Assembly (NCBI GenBank): GCA_021792095.1
Contig: JAJYVH010000001.1
Coordinates: 677,155 to 741,154 of the forward strand
Length of the DNA stretch: 64,000 bases
Direction of reading: 5' to 3'
Source: Candidatus Micrarchaeota archaeon
GTDB taxonomy: Archaea > Micrarchaeota > Micrarchaeia > Micrarchaeales > CABMGC01
Of this stretch, positions 7,464 through 16,698 are shown one piece after another. Position 1 is the stretch's first letter. The number at the start of each line of letters is the position of its first letter. Below the pieces are notes generated by a model. The model searched no databases. It saw only the letters and a program-made list of their open reading frames with translations, and was not told the DNA's origin. A program made the translations under genes and the position numbers.

Positions 7464-10060
7464 CCACTGGTTCCTACCAAGAAAGCTTGGACAGGTTGCG
7501 GTTGTTGTGATTTAGGAAACGATATTGCCAAAGCTATCAGGTCCCGCGAATCTTGAGCTGAGGGTTTTTCGAAGAGTGCAATACGGTCTGTTCCCTCTTT
7601 TTTAGGTTTAGAATTCTTACTTATAGGGTATATGAGAAGCAATCCTTCTGTTGCGGGTCGTTCTTGCCTTATTTGAGGCCAGTCTCTATCTGATGGGGCA
7701 GTGGCTTCTACCTTTTTGATTACGTCGTCTGGAAGTCCAAGCATCTGATCTTCAGGCGAAGTAGTTACGCCTACGGAAACACGATCATATTTTTTACGGG
7801 TACGCCTTATCTGCCATATGTGTCCTCCATCCACATTCCATTTGGCTTCTCCAAGTTCCTCATCAAGTTTGCTAAGACCGCGGACTGCTACGGTCCAACG
7901 CAGGAGTTCATTGACTCCCAATTGATGTTCAATGTACGATATTACTAGTGGCAATGAGCAGTCGCCAAAATCATCATGACGGATTTCCTTAAGAAATGTG
8001 ACAAGCTCCTTTGCGGGCACGTTTGACCATATAGGGCCGTTGTCGTCCCACTTTGGTTCTCCGGCAACCCCGAGGAATTTTTTAACTGCAATAAGATTAG
8101 AATCCGACTCCTCTGCTAAAATTGTGGGATTATCAAAAGGAAACTTAAACATTTGTACAAGCTGTCCGCTATAACTTTGTGTTATTTGCATTTCTTGTGC
8201 CGATCGTCTTTTCAGGGGGCTGGTAACTTGCATAGCAGGGTGCTGTAATATGCGCGTACCTACCTCATACGGCTTTATACCAGTATCCTCGTACTTTTGT
8301 ATGTCTTCACGTAAGCTATGTTCAACATAAGCGAGATCGCTAAACCATCCGGCAACTTCTGCTGTGATCCATATGCGTGTGAGATCCCCATAGCCCCTGC
8401 GAAAACCAAACCATCGGCCCATTTGCATCAGTGTATCATAAGTGGCGGTCCTTCTGACAAAGAAACTGGCGAGAAGGCCTTCTAAGGTAAGTCCACGTGA
8501 AAACTTGTTTCCTCCAATCGCTATAACTTTTAATCTGGGCTCATTTTCATAATCTAAGATATTGCCTGTTGCGCTGTTTATCGTGCGCACCTGTACAGCT
8601 TCAAAGAATGGGCCTATGAAGGATTCGATTTTGCTGAAACTAGTGTCAGTAAGCTCTGGATGTAAATTGTGGATAACTGGTTGAAAATCAGATTCCCACA
8701 GTTTTTGCAATCTTTTTCGTATACCTGCTCTGCGCTGATAACGCCATTCGTTCTTGAACTCTGAGAATTTTTGTTCTACAAGACTTTGCGCAGTAGTATG
8801 CGATGCGATCATCTGATCAATATGCACTAGCATCGTCGCGGGTTCGTCGCCTTCGCCTCTAGAAGCCCGCGCGGCTCCAGCTAAGACGAAACCCAAAATT
8901 GCCTTTTCCAAGGATTCAGTAACATTTCCGTTTTTAATGGCGTCTATGTCTGCATCGGGAACGATTCTGATTACGTCCAGTCCTTCAACTTGCGTTTCAG
9001 AAACCGGATCTGTGATACCAAAAAGTTCATCCGCACCAAAATAGTCTCGGGGTCTTGGCAAGTCCACTATGAAGTCTCTCGGGTACAGATCATTTCCCAC
9101 TTGCGGGTCATAAGTATCATGAGGGATGAGAACATTGGCAAAAGGCGTGGCGGTGTATGCTACATATGCCTTTTTCTGGAAGCTATTTAACAGATCTCTA
9201 ATAAGGCCATTTATGACACTGGGCGGCTCGTAATCTTCGGGAGGTGGACCATCTTCGGGTTGATAAGATCCACGGGTGTCTATACTTGCAAGATCTGCTT
9301 CATCATCAATTACCAAAACAGGAATTGCATTCAGTATCGCTGCGGGTGCGCCTGCAAGCCAATACAATAATTTGCGCAAAACCATTCCGTTTTTCTTGAC
9401 TACCATCAATACAGGAGTAGGTCCCTGAAGTGGGGCTTGATTTGCGTGTCCGGGGTTGAAATCTCCATCAACATCATTTGTCGTAACACAGAACCACTGT
9501 TTGCCCAGTGGTGGAAAAGGTACGGATTCGGGATCGTTCCCTGGCATTCCGACAAGTTGTTTCTGAAGACGTATCTGTGTCTGCAACCTGAGTCCTTTAT
9601 CAATTCCCGAAAGTACAATTATCAAACGATAGCCACAATCGACAGCCTTTGCGATTAACGCGGTAAAATTCGTTGTCTTTCCACTCTGGACATGACCAAG
9701 CACCAAGCCACGAATATCAAATTTTTGTGCATCCGGATCGGCAAGATGTCTAAGTATCTGATCTGTTGTGTCTTCGATTGACTTAAGCGCTGGTGCTGGC
9801 AGTATCCTAGAAAGCAGCATATTTCGTAAAGTAGGCCAGTAATACCACATAGAACGATCTTCGTGCTGAAGCCAATCGTTGTCATTATTAGCAGCAATCA
9901 CGTGCGCCCTCTCGAGTATTATGTTGTCGTCTCTTTCCAGTTCTGTTTTGATCGCATCGCGAAATTCAGGAGGTACCGCCGGATTTGCCAGTGCTTCTTC
10001 TCTACTTTGACCTGTAGTAGTCAGGTAACGAACTAAACCTAAGGCTTCTGCTTTATTCAT
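7445..10060 (-). CDS. Z1-domain P-loop NTPase (DEAD/Z1 helicase-like motor)
   Basis: 871 aa. Walker A is LGHVQSGKTTNFTALIAKAVDCGYRLIIVLSG...LRLQTQ, which is typical of Z1 proteins. Walker B/DEAD-like is VLVIDDEADLAS. Confidence 0.75.
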   Translation of the reverse strand: MNKAEALGLVRYLTTTGQSREEALANPAVPPEFRDAIKTELERDDNIILERAHVIAANNDNDWLQHEDRSMWYYWPTLRNMLLSRILPAPALKSIEDTTDQILRHLADPDAQKFDIRGLVLGHVQSGKTTNFTALIAKAVDCGYRLIIVLSGIDKGLRLQTQIRLQKQLVGMPGNDPESVPFPPLGKQWFCVTTNDVDGDFNPGHANQAPLQGPTPVLMVVKKNGMVLRKLLYWLAGAPAAILNAIPVLVIDDEADLASIDTRGSYQPEDGPPPEDYEPPSVINGLIRDLLNSFQKKAYVAYTATPFANVLIPHDTYDPQVGNDLYPRDFIVDLPRPRDYFGADELFGITDPVSETQVEGLDVIRIVPDADIDAIKNGNVTESLEKAILGFVLAGAARASRGEGDEPATMLVHIDQMIASHTTAQSLVEQKFSEFKNEWRYQRRAGIRKRLQKLWESDFQPVIHNLHPELTDTSFSKIESFIGPFFEAVQVRTINSATGNILDYENEPRLKVIAIGGNKFSRGLTLEGLLASFFVRRTATYDTLMQMGRWFGFRRGYGDLTRIWITAEVAGWFSDLAYVEHSLREDIQKYEDTGIKPYEVGTRILQHPAMQVTSPLKRRSAQEMQITQSYSGQLVQMFKFPFDNPTILAEESDSNLIAVKKFLGVAGEPKWDDNGPIWSNVPAKELVTFLKEIRHDDFGDCSLPLVISYIEHQLGVNELLRWTVAVRGLSKLDEELGEAKWNVDGGHIWQIRRTRKKYDRVSVGVTTSPEDQMLGLPDDVIKKVEATAPSDRDWPQIRQERPATEGLLLIYPISKNSKPKKEGTDRIALFEKPSAQDSRDLIALAISFPKSQQPQPVQAFLVGTSGWRPVT

Positions 10061-11384
10061 TTGTCATCCCAAATTTTTCTCTGATACGTTCGAAAATCTT
10101 GCGAAGCATTGGCTTCTGATAGGCTTTGGCCATCGCTAGAACTTCTTTCTCCAGTTCATCCAAGGTCCATGTCTGTTGAGCCGTATTAACAACGCTGGAA
10201 ACACGAGATTCGGATATAGGCATATCTTTCTTTGAGCTTCTCGAACTGGCATCCGAAGACCTAAAGCTCTTTCTTTCTTTTCTATCGTATCTTTCTCGTG
10301 CAATTTTCACAACTTCTTTAACCATGCTGTCGAAGTACTCTCTTTCAGAACTCGGCAATTGTACCTGCATCTTTGAGACATTAAGCTTAAATGCATCATC
10401 CAAGGTAGGTGAAAAACTCAGAGCAATTCGGGCTAGTTTAGTGTGTTCATCTTGGGTTCTGAGTTTGCACCATCCACCACTCTGGATCAGCCGGTTTGCC
10501 CTATAAATATAGAAACCTTGTTGTTGGTTCCAGCCGGTTGGTCCGCCAGCTTTATTGAATGCATCCATTGATGAAAATTCCTGCTGGGAAGGCAGTATGT
10601 ACGGTTCTGCTAGGATGTTTCCAGTTGCACCTTCGTATTCTATGGTCAATCGCCGGGGTTCGAGAGGGACGGTTTTCTCTTTTCTAACAAAGGGATCCCA
10701 AGGCTCAATTGGGTTTCCATTTAGCGAAATTTTCACTTTTTCTCTGCCCTGCACGTATCCAGAAAGGAAGCGATGAAATACCATTGCTAAATGCTCCTCC
10801 AGTTCACGATCCATATTTAGAATACGTGTGCTTGCAGCAACACTGTGCGAGTGTTTGTATTCCAAGAATCGATCTAGTTTCCACCAAAATACCACAGTCC
10901 CTGTGCTCTTGTTTTTAATGAGAGGCTCGAAAACAATTGTTTGCATTTTCTTGTCGGTAAGCTTCAATATTTCCCATTTATCTACATGTGCTATGTGATC
11001 CAGATCCCAACAGAACCCTTCGATTTTGTTCTTTGCGTCATTTCGGCTTGCAACAGCAACAAAGCTGCATTGACTTAGCGAAGCAGTTTTGAGCCCCAGC
11101 CCAAACTTGCCAAGTGCGTCTTCGCTATAGGCTCTTTCCGATCCAAATCGCATGGCTTCTACTAACTGGTCTTCGCTCATTCCTTTTCCGTTGTCTGCAA
11201 CCCTCACCCAAGAGTTACGGCCCCTGTATTCGACGTTTATATCTATCGATGTGGCTCCCCATTCGATTGAGTTATCAACTATGTCTGCAACTGCAGCGGA
11301 GAAGTCATAGCCAACGTCACGTAGAGATCTGATTAACCGTTTTGCACTCGGTATTAGTTCGATAGCTTCAACAGCGCTCTTCAA
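10053..11384 (-). CDS. GHKL-superfamily ATPase (HATPase_c_3; MutL/MORC-like)
   Basis: 443 aa. The Bergerat fold motifs are the N box AVADIVDNSIEWGA, the G1 box VADNGKGM and the G2 box GKFGLGLKTAS. Confidence 0.8.
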   Translation of the reverse strand: MKSAVEAIELIPSAKRLIRSLRDVGYDFSAAVADIVDNSIEWGATSIDINVEYRGRNSWVRVADNGKGMSEDQLVEAMRFGSERAYSEDALGKFGLGLKTASLSQCSFVAVASRNDAKNKIEGFCWDLDHIAHVDKWEILKLTDKKMQTIVFEPLIKNKSTGTVVFWWKLDRFLEYKHSHSVAASTRILNMDRELEEHLAMVFHRFLSGYVQGREKVKISLNGNPIEPWDPFVRKEKTVPLEPRRLTIEYEGATGNILAEPYILPSQQEFSSMDAFNKAGGPTGWNQQQGFYIYRANRLIQSGGWCKLRTQDEHTKLARIALSFSPTLDDAFKLNVSKMQVQLPSSEREYFDSMVKEVVKIARERYDRKERKSFRSSDASSRSSKKDMPISESRVSSVVNTAQQTWTLDELEKEVLAMAKAYQKPMLRKIFERIREKFGMTNE

Positions 11385-12310
11385 GATCTCTCACCATCAT
11401 AAAGTGCCTTCATCGCTTTTGCAGCAGCACGAGAAAAAACAGGACTAACCGAATCAGCCACCATTTGGTATCTTACGCCCAATCCTTCGCCCTTCGGGAA
11501 ACTGTATTTTCTGGGAAACCCCATTAATTGCAATGCTTCCTTGACTGATATTGCACGAGTTTCACCTCCGTTGAAAGAATCTGGATGCAATATGTATGTC
11601 TTCATAACGTTTCCGAAAGAGGGAGCCTGTTCGCGCCATTTCAATACGTACCATCCAAACTGACCTGTTTTATAATATTTCAAGTAGTTATGTATAGTTC
11701 TGAGTCTGGGCCATTCATGATCACTTTCGTCTCCAAAACCGCTGTTTCTTAGGTATCCTATGGCGTCCCTCACAGTCGCTTTATTCTTGGTTTTGTGTTT
11801 TGCAAGCAATTTGAAAAAGTCATGCGAATTGCCCGTACGAGTTCCAAAAACAATAAGTCGGCGTCTTCGTGTCGGTGCTCCAAAGTCTTTGTATGTTACA
11901 AACTCCTCTTCAATAGAGTAACCAAATTTTCCTGAGAGTCTTTTTAGATGTGAATTAAGAATCTTGTCGTTTGCTACAAGAGGAACGTTTTCGAAGAGAA
12001 AGAAAGCAGGTCTATTGATTTCTACGTGTTTGAAGAACCTTCCGACCAGACCATAATCGTGATGCTTCTCTCTTCTTCTAGTCACGTTCACTGCGGACCA
12101 CGGTTTGCACGGAGGCCCACCCATTATGACATCAAATCCATCCGCTATGATTTCCTTGGAAAGATCGGCTTGGATAAAACTTCCTAGCTTATTCAGTCTA
12201 AAGGAATCGGCTGCCTTGTCTGATATGTCTACTCCGGTAACTTTGAATCCCTCGTTGCTAAAACCCGAAGACAGACCTCCAGCACCACAAAATAAATCCA
12301 ATATTTTCAT
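11381..12310 (-). CDS. dcm: DNA (cytosine-5)-methyltransferase
   Basis: 309 aa with motif I ILDLFCGAGGLSSGF, motif IV GGPPCKPWS, motif VI FLFENVP, motif VIII-like APTRRRRLIVFG and motif X-like VADSVSP. Confidence 0.9.
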   Translation of the reverse strand: MKILDLFCGAGGLSSGFSNEGFKVTGVDISDKAADSFRLNKLGSFIQADLSKEIIADGFDVIMGGPPCKPWSAVNVTRRREKHHDYGLVGRFFKHVEINRPAFFLFENVPLVANDKILNSHLKRLSGKFGYSIEEEFVTYKDFGAPTRRRRLIVFGTRTGNSHDFFKLLAKHKTKNKATVRDAIGYLRNSGFGDESDHEWPRLRTIHNYLKYYKTGQFGWYVLKWREQAPSFGNVMKTYILHPDSFNGGETRAISVKEALQLMGFPRKYSFPKGEGLGVRYQMVADSVSPVFSRAAAKAMKALYDGERS

Positions 12311-12729
12311 TGTTCGATCACCATTAATTTTGTATTAAGATTCTTATACCACTGTCTGTTCTCTATCGGCATTGTTATTTGATGTTCCCATATTCTGATT
12401 ACAGTCCACCCTCTGCTCCTTAGTGTTCTATCGACTACTCGATCTCTGATTTTGTTCAATTTTGCCTTGTTTTCCCAGTATTTAGAGTTTGATTTGGGTT
12501 GGACGTAATGCTTAGGGCAGATATGCCAAAAACAACCGTCTATAAAAAGTGCAATTTTACTTACTCCGTTTGCAAAATCCGGATTTCCATATACGTCCTT
12601 CGGGTGGTATGCGAAATTAAGCTGCTTAAGCAGAGTTTCTACTTTGAGTTCTGGCTTGGTTTTGGAACTTCTTATTCTGGACATGTTGTAACTTCTCGTT
12701 GTCTTTGAATGAACGTCCAAGTTAAACAC
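12307..12729 (-). CDS. vsr: very short patch repair endonuclease
   Basis: 140 aa with SRIRSSKTKPEL, FIDGCFWHICPKH and RSRGWTVIRIWEHQI, which are characteristic Vsr blocks. It overlaps dcm by 4 nt. Confidence 0.85.
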   Translation of the reverse strand: MFNLDVHSKTTRSYNMSRIRSSKTKPELKVETLLKQLNFAYHPKDVYGNPDFANGVSKIALFIDGCFWHICPKHYVQPKSNSKYWENKAKLNKIRDRVVDRTLRSRGWTVIRIWEHQITMPIENRQWYKNLNTKLMVIEQ

Positions 12730-12868
12730 CAGATTTCCAAGCTGCCGCTAACCTCAAATCATCACCCAGAAGCAGATGGCTTCTTGTATAGCGTTGCCAA
12801 AACGCATTTTGCGTAATCATTATTTGGGCACTTAAAAATAAATGCTTTACTTTCATGCTCCCGCACAC

Positions 12869-13090
12869 CTACTTGGCCATGTTGCTCTTATAACTCTTGT
12901 CAAGCCACCACTGATTCTGCCTTCCAACCTTGCGAAACTTCACTTTACCTTGTATTTGCAGTTTAGTGAGTTGCAGTTCGGCAGTGTTCCAGCTTATTCC
13001 CACACCAGCAGCCACATCTTCTGTGGTGCTTGGCCACTCTTGGTTTTTGAGGTATTCCAAGATCCTATTTTGTATATCTTCTCCACGCAT
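12869..13090 (-). CDS. small winged-helix DNA-binding protein
   Basis: 73 aa. ILEYLKNQEWPSTTEDVAAGVGISWNTAELQLTKLQIQGKV resembles a wHTH (ArsR/MarR-like) core. Confidence 0.5.
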   Translation of the reverse strand: MRGEDIQNRILEYLKNQEWPSTTEDVAAGVGISWNTAELQLTKLQIQGKVKFRKVGRQNQWWLDKSYKSNMAK

Positions 13091-13247
13091 ACTATGACAT
13101 CCCCTTATGACATAACCTATGTTTAAACATATTTAAAACTTGTTTCATTCAGTATATACGAGTGTAATGGTCGATGTTTGGCTCTGTAGAATTCCTCTAC
13201 TTCGATAACGGCAGAAGGCCTTAAAACCTCCTGCCGATCTGTGTTAT

Positions 13248-14426
13248 TTGGCGACACAGATGAAAGAGAAAGGCGACTCTAGGTATAAGAGGTTTATCGA
13301 AACAGCGTTCAGGGAAGTAAGTAGAGTACTAAGGTCGTACTCTGACAGATTCTCAAAGAAGACATATACACAACGACAACTTGCAGTTGCAGTACTGTTA
13401 ATGAAATACGAGGACAAAACATACAGAGATATCACAGATTTGTTGGTTGAATTTGCGGATTATTTTGAGTTCAAGAACAGCACACCCCACTTCACTACCT
13501 TACAAAAGTTCTTCCTCAGAATACCGACATATGTTTGGGAATTCCTACTGACCAAGACGTATGAACTGTTTGCTGGAGATGTTGCAAATGTTGCAATAGA
13601 TTCCACGGGTTACAGACTGCACCACGCTTCGCAACACTATGAACAGAGGACCGGCAGAAAACGGAACCGTAGATGTTTCATGAAATATATTCTATCGATA
13701 GACTCTGACAGTCAGGCGATAATAGTTTCAGAAAGTAGAAGGTCTTGCATAAACGACAACATAACGTTTAGACCGATCCTGAAGAAGACAAAGGACATAG
13801 TTGATGTGGACAATACAACTGCTGACAAGGGATATGACTCAGAAGAAAATCACAGGTTTGCACATAAGAAGATTGGCGCAAACTCGGTCATACCATTACG
13901 ATATGAAATTCCACTACGGCGAACAACAGGGTTGTATCTGGAAAGTACATGCCCGGAGCACGGCAGATACGGAAGTGCCTTGACTGAAAGCACTCATGAC
14001 TTTGTAGACATCAATACTCCCCTAAGGAATGTCATAAAGGAGGCATTATTCATAGAAGAGGCCAAGGCAAAAAGGGCATTGGACCTGATGGTAGACGACG
14101 GGGACTGGGTTCACATGCCCGAATATGTCGTATCTGAAGGGCTGGCCCTTTTGGGTTACAGCTACAAAGACAGACCATCGCGCTTCTTTGCTCCAATCAT
14201 AGAAGATTGGTCAGGAGCAAAGTTCTCAAAGTCAGTTTATGTTGAAAAAGGGACTTATGGTTACTTACCGGCTGGGTTCCTGAACCTAGTTGAGTTCAAG
14301 AAAGAATATGGAAATGGTGGTGTTGACGCACTTTGGAAAGAAGTAAAAGACTGGATTTCTGATCCAAAGAAGATCTTCAGGAATTACAGTGCAGGATATC
14401 TCTTTTCTATCTTAAGAAAGAACTAA
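13248..14426 (+). mobile_element. truncated IS4/IS5-family DDE transposase fused in frame to unrelated sequence (chimeric ORF)
   Basis: The first ~230 aa carry DDE_Tnp_1-like blocks (VAIDSTGY; TTADKGYDSEENH). The third catalytic region (Y..R...E) is absent. After about nt 13941 the sequence changes character (CPEHG...SGAKFSKS...). Confidence 0.55.
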
Positions 14427-14449
14427 TAAGGCTGTTAGTGCTAAGATAG

Positions 14450-14809
14450 GTGATGCAAATGATGCACAAGATGTCACTATTTCAGGAACCATTTAATCAG
14501 ATTAAAACTGGCAAGCAAACAATAGAAGTAAGGTTATTCGATGCCAAAAGGAAAAAGGTAAGGCTGGGGGACACTATCATCTTTACACGATTGCCTGATA
14601 AGAAGGAGAAAGTCATGGTCAAGGTGTTGGGGCTGTCCAGATTCCGTTCTTTTCACGATCTGTTTTCTGCATTTGAGGCCGTGAGGTTTGGCCACAAGAA
14701 GGACATCAGGAAAAGCGAACAGGTTCAAAGAATGTACAGATATTATACTCCGAAAGACGAGCAAAAGTACGGAGTGATTGCACTGCATATAAAGCGTGTT
14801 AGTGTTTAA
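14450..14809 (+). CDS. ASCH domain protein
   Basis: 119 aa. MSLFQEPFNQIKTGKQTIEVRLFD...LGDTIIF...VLGLSRF matches the ASCH beta-barrel N-terminal pattern. The start is ambiguous (GTG 14450, ATG 14453 or ATG 14471). Confidence 0.65.
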   Translation: MMQMMHKMSLFQEPFNQIKTGKQTIEVRLFDAKRKKVRLGDTIIFTRLPDKKEKVMVKVLGLSRFRSFHDLFSAFEAVRFGHKKDIRKSEQVQRMYRYYTPKDEQKYGVIALHIKRVSV

Positions 14810-14894
14810 TAAGAACTGATAAGTACATCACTGTATTTCGTTCTATATCAAACAATATCAAACGATAGTGAAAGGGAATGCCACTTAAAGCAGA

Positions 14895-14910
14895 CCTCCC
14901 TCCTAGGGCT
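14895..14910 (+). repeat. degenerate direct repeat of the tRNA-Thr(CGU) 3' end (putative attR of the island)
   Basis: CCCTCCTAGGGCT (14898-14910) matches CCCTCCTGGGGCT (5580-5592) at 12 of 13 positions. It lies where the AT-rich island gives way to GC-rich backbone. Confidence 0.5.
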
Positions 14911-15007
14911 GCCGCCAATACGCAGCATTATATACCACCTCATTCCAATGGTGTGTGTATCGTGTCTGTTTTAACAGTATGATAACTAAAAGGAAAGAGT
15001 CGGCATT

Positions 15008-16306
15008 TTGAAAAAAATGGGAGGCCAATGGCCTCGTCCGTTTCTTCTTTTTACATTCGCAGAAAGTGATGAATTGAAACAATTCTCAGAGATGAATCTA
15101 AAACCAGCGGTAGTCGAGGCGCTGAAAAGAATGAACTTCACCACGGCCACGGATGTCCAAGAGCAGGTGATACCCATCGCTATGCAGGGCAGGGACCTGA
15201 TAGTGAGGGCGAAGACCGGAACCGGAAAGACCTGCGCGTTCTTGGTCCCGATAATGCAGCGCAACGTAGAGGGCAGGAATCCAGAGGTGCTGATCATGGC
15301 CCCGACGAGGGAGCTGGCGCTCCAGATATACGGCGTCGCTACGAAGATGAGGCCCGGAAGAAGGGACAGCGTGGCGATAGTATACGGAGGCGCATCGATA
15401 AACGTGCAGATGCAGAGCCTGGCCAGGAATCCGGACCTGATAATAGGCACGCCGGGCAGGATACTGGATCTGTTCAAGAGGGGCTCGCTGAGGCTGGGCG
15501 GCATAAGGTTCCTAGTGCTCGATGAGGCTGACATAATGTTCGACATGGGCTTCATAGACACGATAGAACAGATAATATCACACACCCCGAAGACGAGGCA
15601 GACGCTGCTCTTCTCAGCAACCATGCCCCAGAGGATGATGGGCATAGCCAGGAGGCACATGAACGACCCGCAGCACATAAGCGTGGGCGACGAGGAGAGG
15701 CCGGTGGTCGAGACCATAACGCATTTCTATGCGCCTTCGGAGCGGGACATGAAGTTCGCGACGCTTCTCGCATACATAAGCAAGCATAACCCCAGGAAGA
15801 CGATAATATTCGTGCAGACCCAGCACGCGGCGAGCATAATACACGACACGCTCGTAGAGCAGGGCATAGATGCGATGCTCATCCACGGCGGGCTCTCGCA
15901 GGCTAGGAGGGAGCGCTCCCTCAGGGAGTTCGCCAACAAGGGCAGATTCCTGGTCGCCACAAACATAGCTGCGAGGGGCATTGACATCTCGGGAATCTCG
16001 GACGTGATCAACTTCGACGCACCCGACGATCCTGACGTCTACCTTCACAGGGTAGGCAGGTCAGCCAGAATGTCGGCCGATGGGAGGGCATTCACCATCG
16101 TGACCGATGAGGACAAACGCCTGATCAGGATAATAGAGCACGAGAACAAACTGAACATGAACCTGGTCGATCTGGACATTACCCAGTTTGCCCACATCAG
16201 GGTGTTCAGACGCAGAGGAAATCCGAACAGGAGAGGCCAGAGCGGCCGGTACGGCTCGCGCAGATCCGGGGAAGGCCGAAGGCCTTTCGGCAGAGGCTGG
16301 CATTGA
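15008..16306 (+). CDS. DEAD-box ATP-dependent RNA helicase
   Basis: Q motif F...TDVQ, Walker A AKTGTGKT, VLDEAD, SAT and HRVGRSAR, followed by an Arg/Gly-rich C-terminal tail. Confidence 0.9.
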   Translation: MKKMGGQWPRPFLLFTFAESDELKQFSEMNLKPAVVEALKRMNFTTATDVQEQVIPIAMQGRDLIVRAKTGTGKTCAFLVPIMQRNVEGRNPEVLIMAPTRELALQIYGVATKMRPGRRDSVAIVYGGASINVQMQSLARNPDLIIGTPGRILDLFKRGSLRLGGIRFLVLDEADIMFDMGFIDTIEQIISHTPKTRQTLLFSATMPQRMMGIARRHMNDPQHISVGDEERPVVETITHFYAPSERDMKFATLLAYISKHNPRKTIIFVQTQHAASIIHDTLVEQGIDAMLIHGGLSQARRERSLREFANKGRFLVATNIAARGIDISGISDVINFDAPDDPDVYLHRVGRSARMSADGRAFTIVTDEDKRLIRIIEHENKLNMNLVDLDITQFAHIRVFRRRGNPNRRGQSGRYGSRRSGEGRRPFGRGWH

Positions 16307-16309
16307 TCT

Positions 16310-16617
16310 GCGCGTCGCTCTTGAATATAATCCTGTTGCTCTAACACAACAAGTTTACAGCTAATTGCAGAGAAATTTCCACTCAATTTAGTACCTCTAC
16401 TTGCGGTCCAAAACCACTGACCCTTTAAAATATTTAAGAGAGGTTTGCCTTCTGCCAAAAGAGTAACAAACTTATAAGGGTCTACCGGTACAAGATTGAA
16501 TCGTTTCAATAACTTCATAGAGTTAGCACGATTAGCCCCTTGTTCTGGGATTGCAAGGAACACTTCTTCTTGCGAAGAGCCCCATCTTTGCACGTAATTT
16601 AACACACTGCAAGTCAA
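16310..16617 (-). pseudogene. possible gene remnant in an AT-rich patch
   Basis: Only the AT-rich upstream third of ORF 16045..16617 looks coding. It has no ATG (TTG only) and runs antisense for 260 nt into the helicase gene. No recognisable motif. Confidence 0.2.
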
Positions 16618-16698
16618 GGAACATACGACACCCTTCTTGACATCAAATTCAAATTTCTTTGTTTGAACGGGGCTTCTTCTTGATACAAATCGATATTA

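Noticed and set aside
12780-12810. Palindrome ACGCATTTTGCGT between vsr and the wHTH gene as an operator or terminator
   Set aside because: It is a 5-bp stem with a 3-nt loop only, with no T-tract and no repetition. This is not enough to support a call.
5593-14910. Search for an integrase/recombinase or excisionase in the island
   Set aside because: No ORF shows tyrosine- or serine-recombinase motifs. The only mobility gene is the truncated DDE transposase, so I did not call the island an active integrative element.
16045-16306. The 3' two thirds of minus-strand ORF 16045..16617
   Set aside because: It overlaps the DEAD-box helicase 3' end by about 260 nt in antisense. Only the AT-rich upstream part might be a remnant, so the overlap is read-through by chance.
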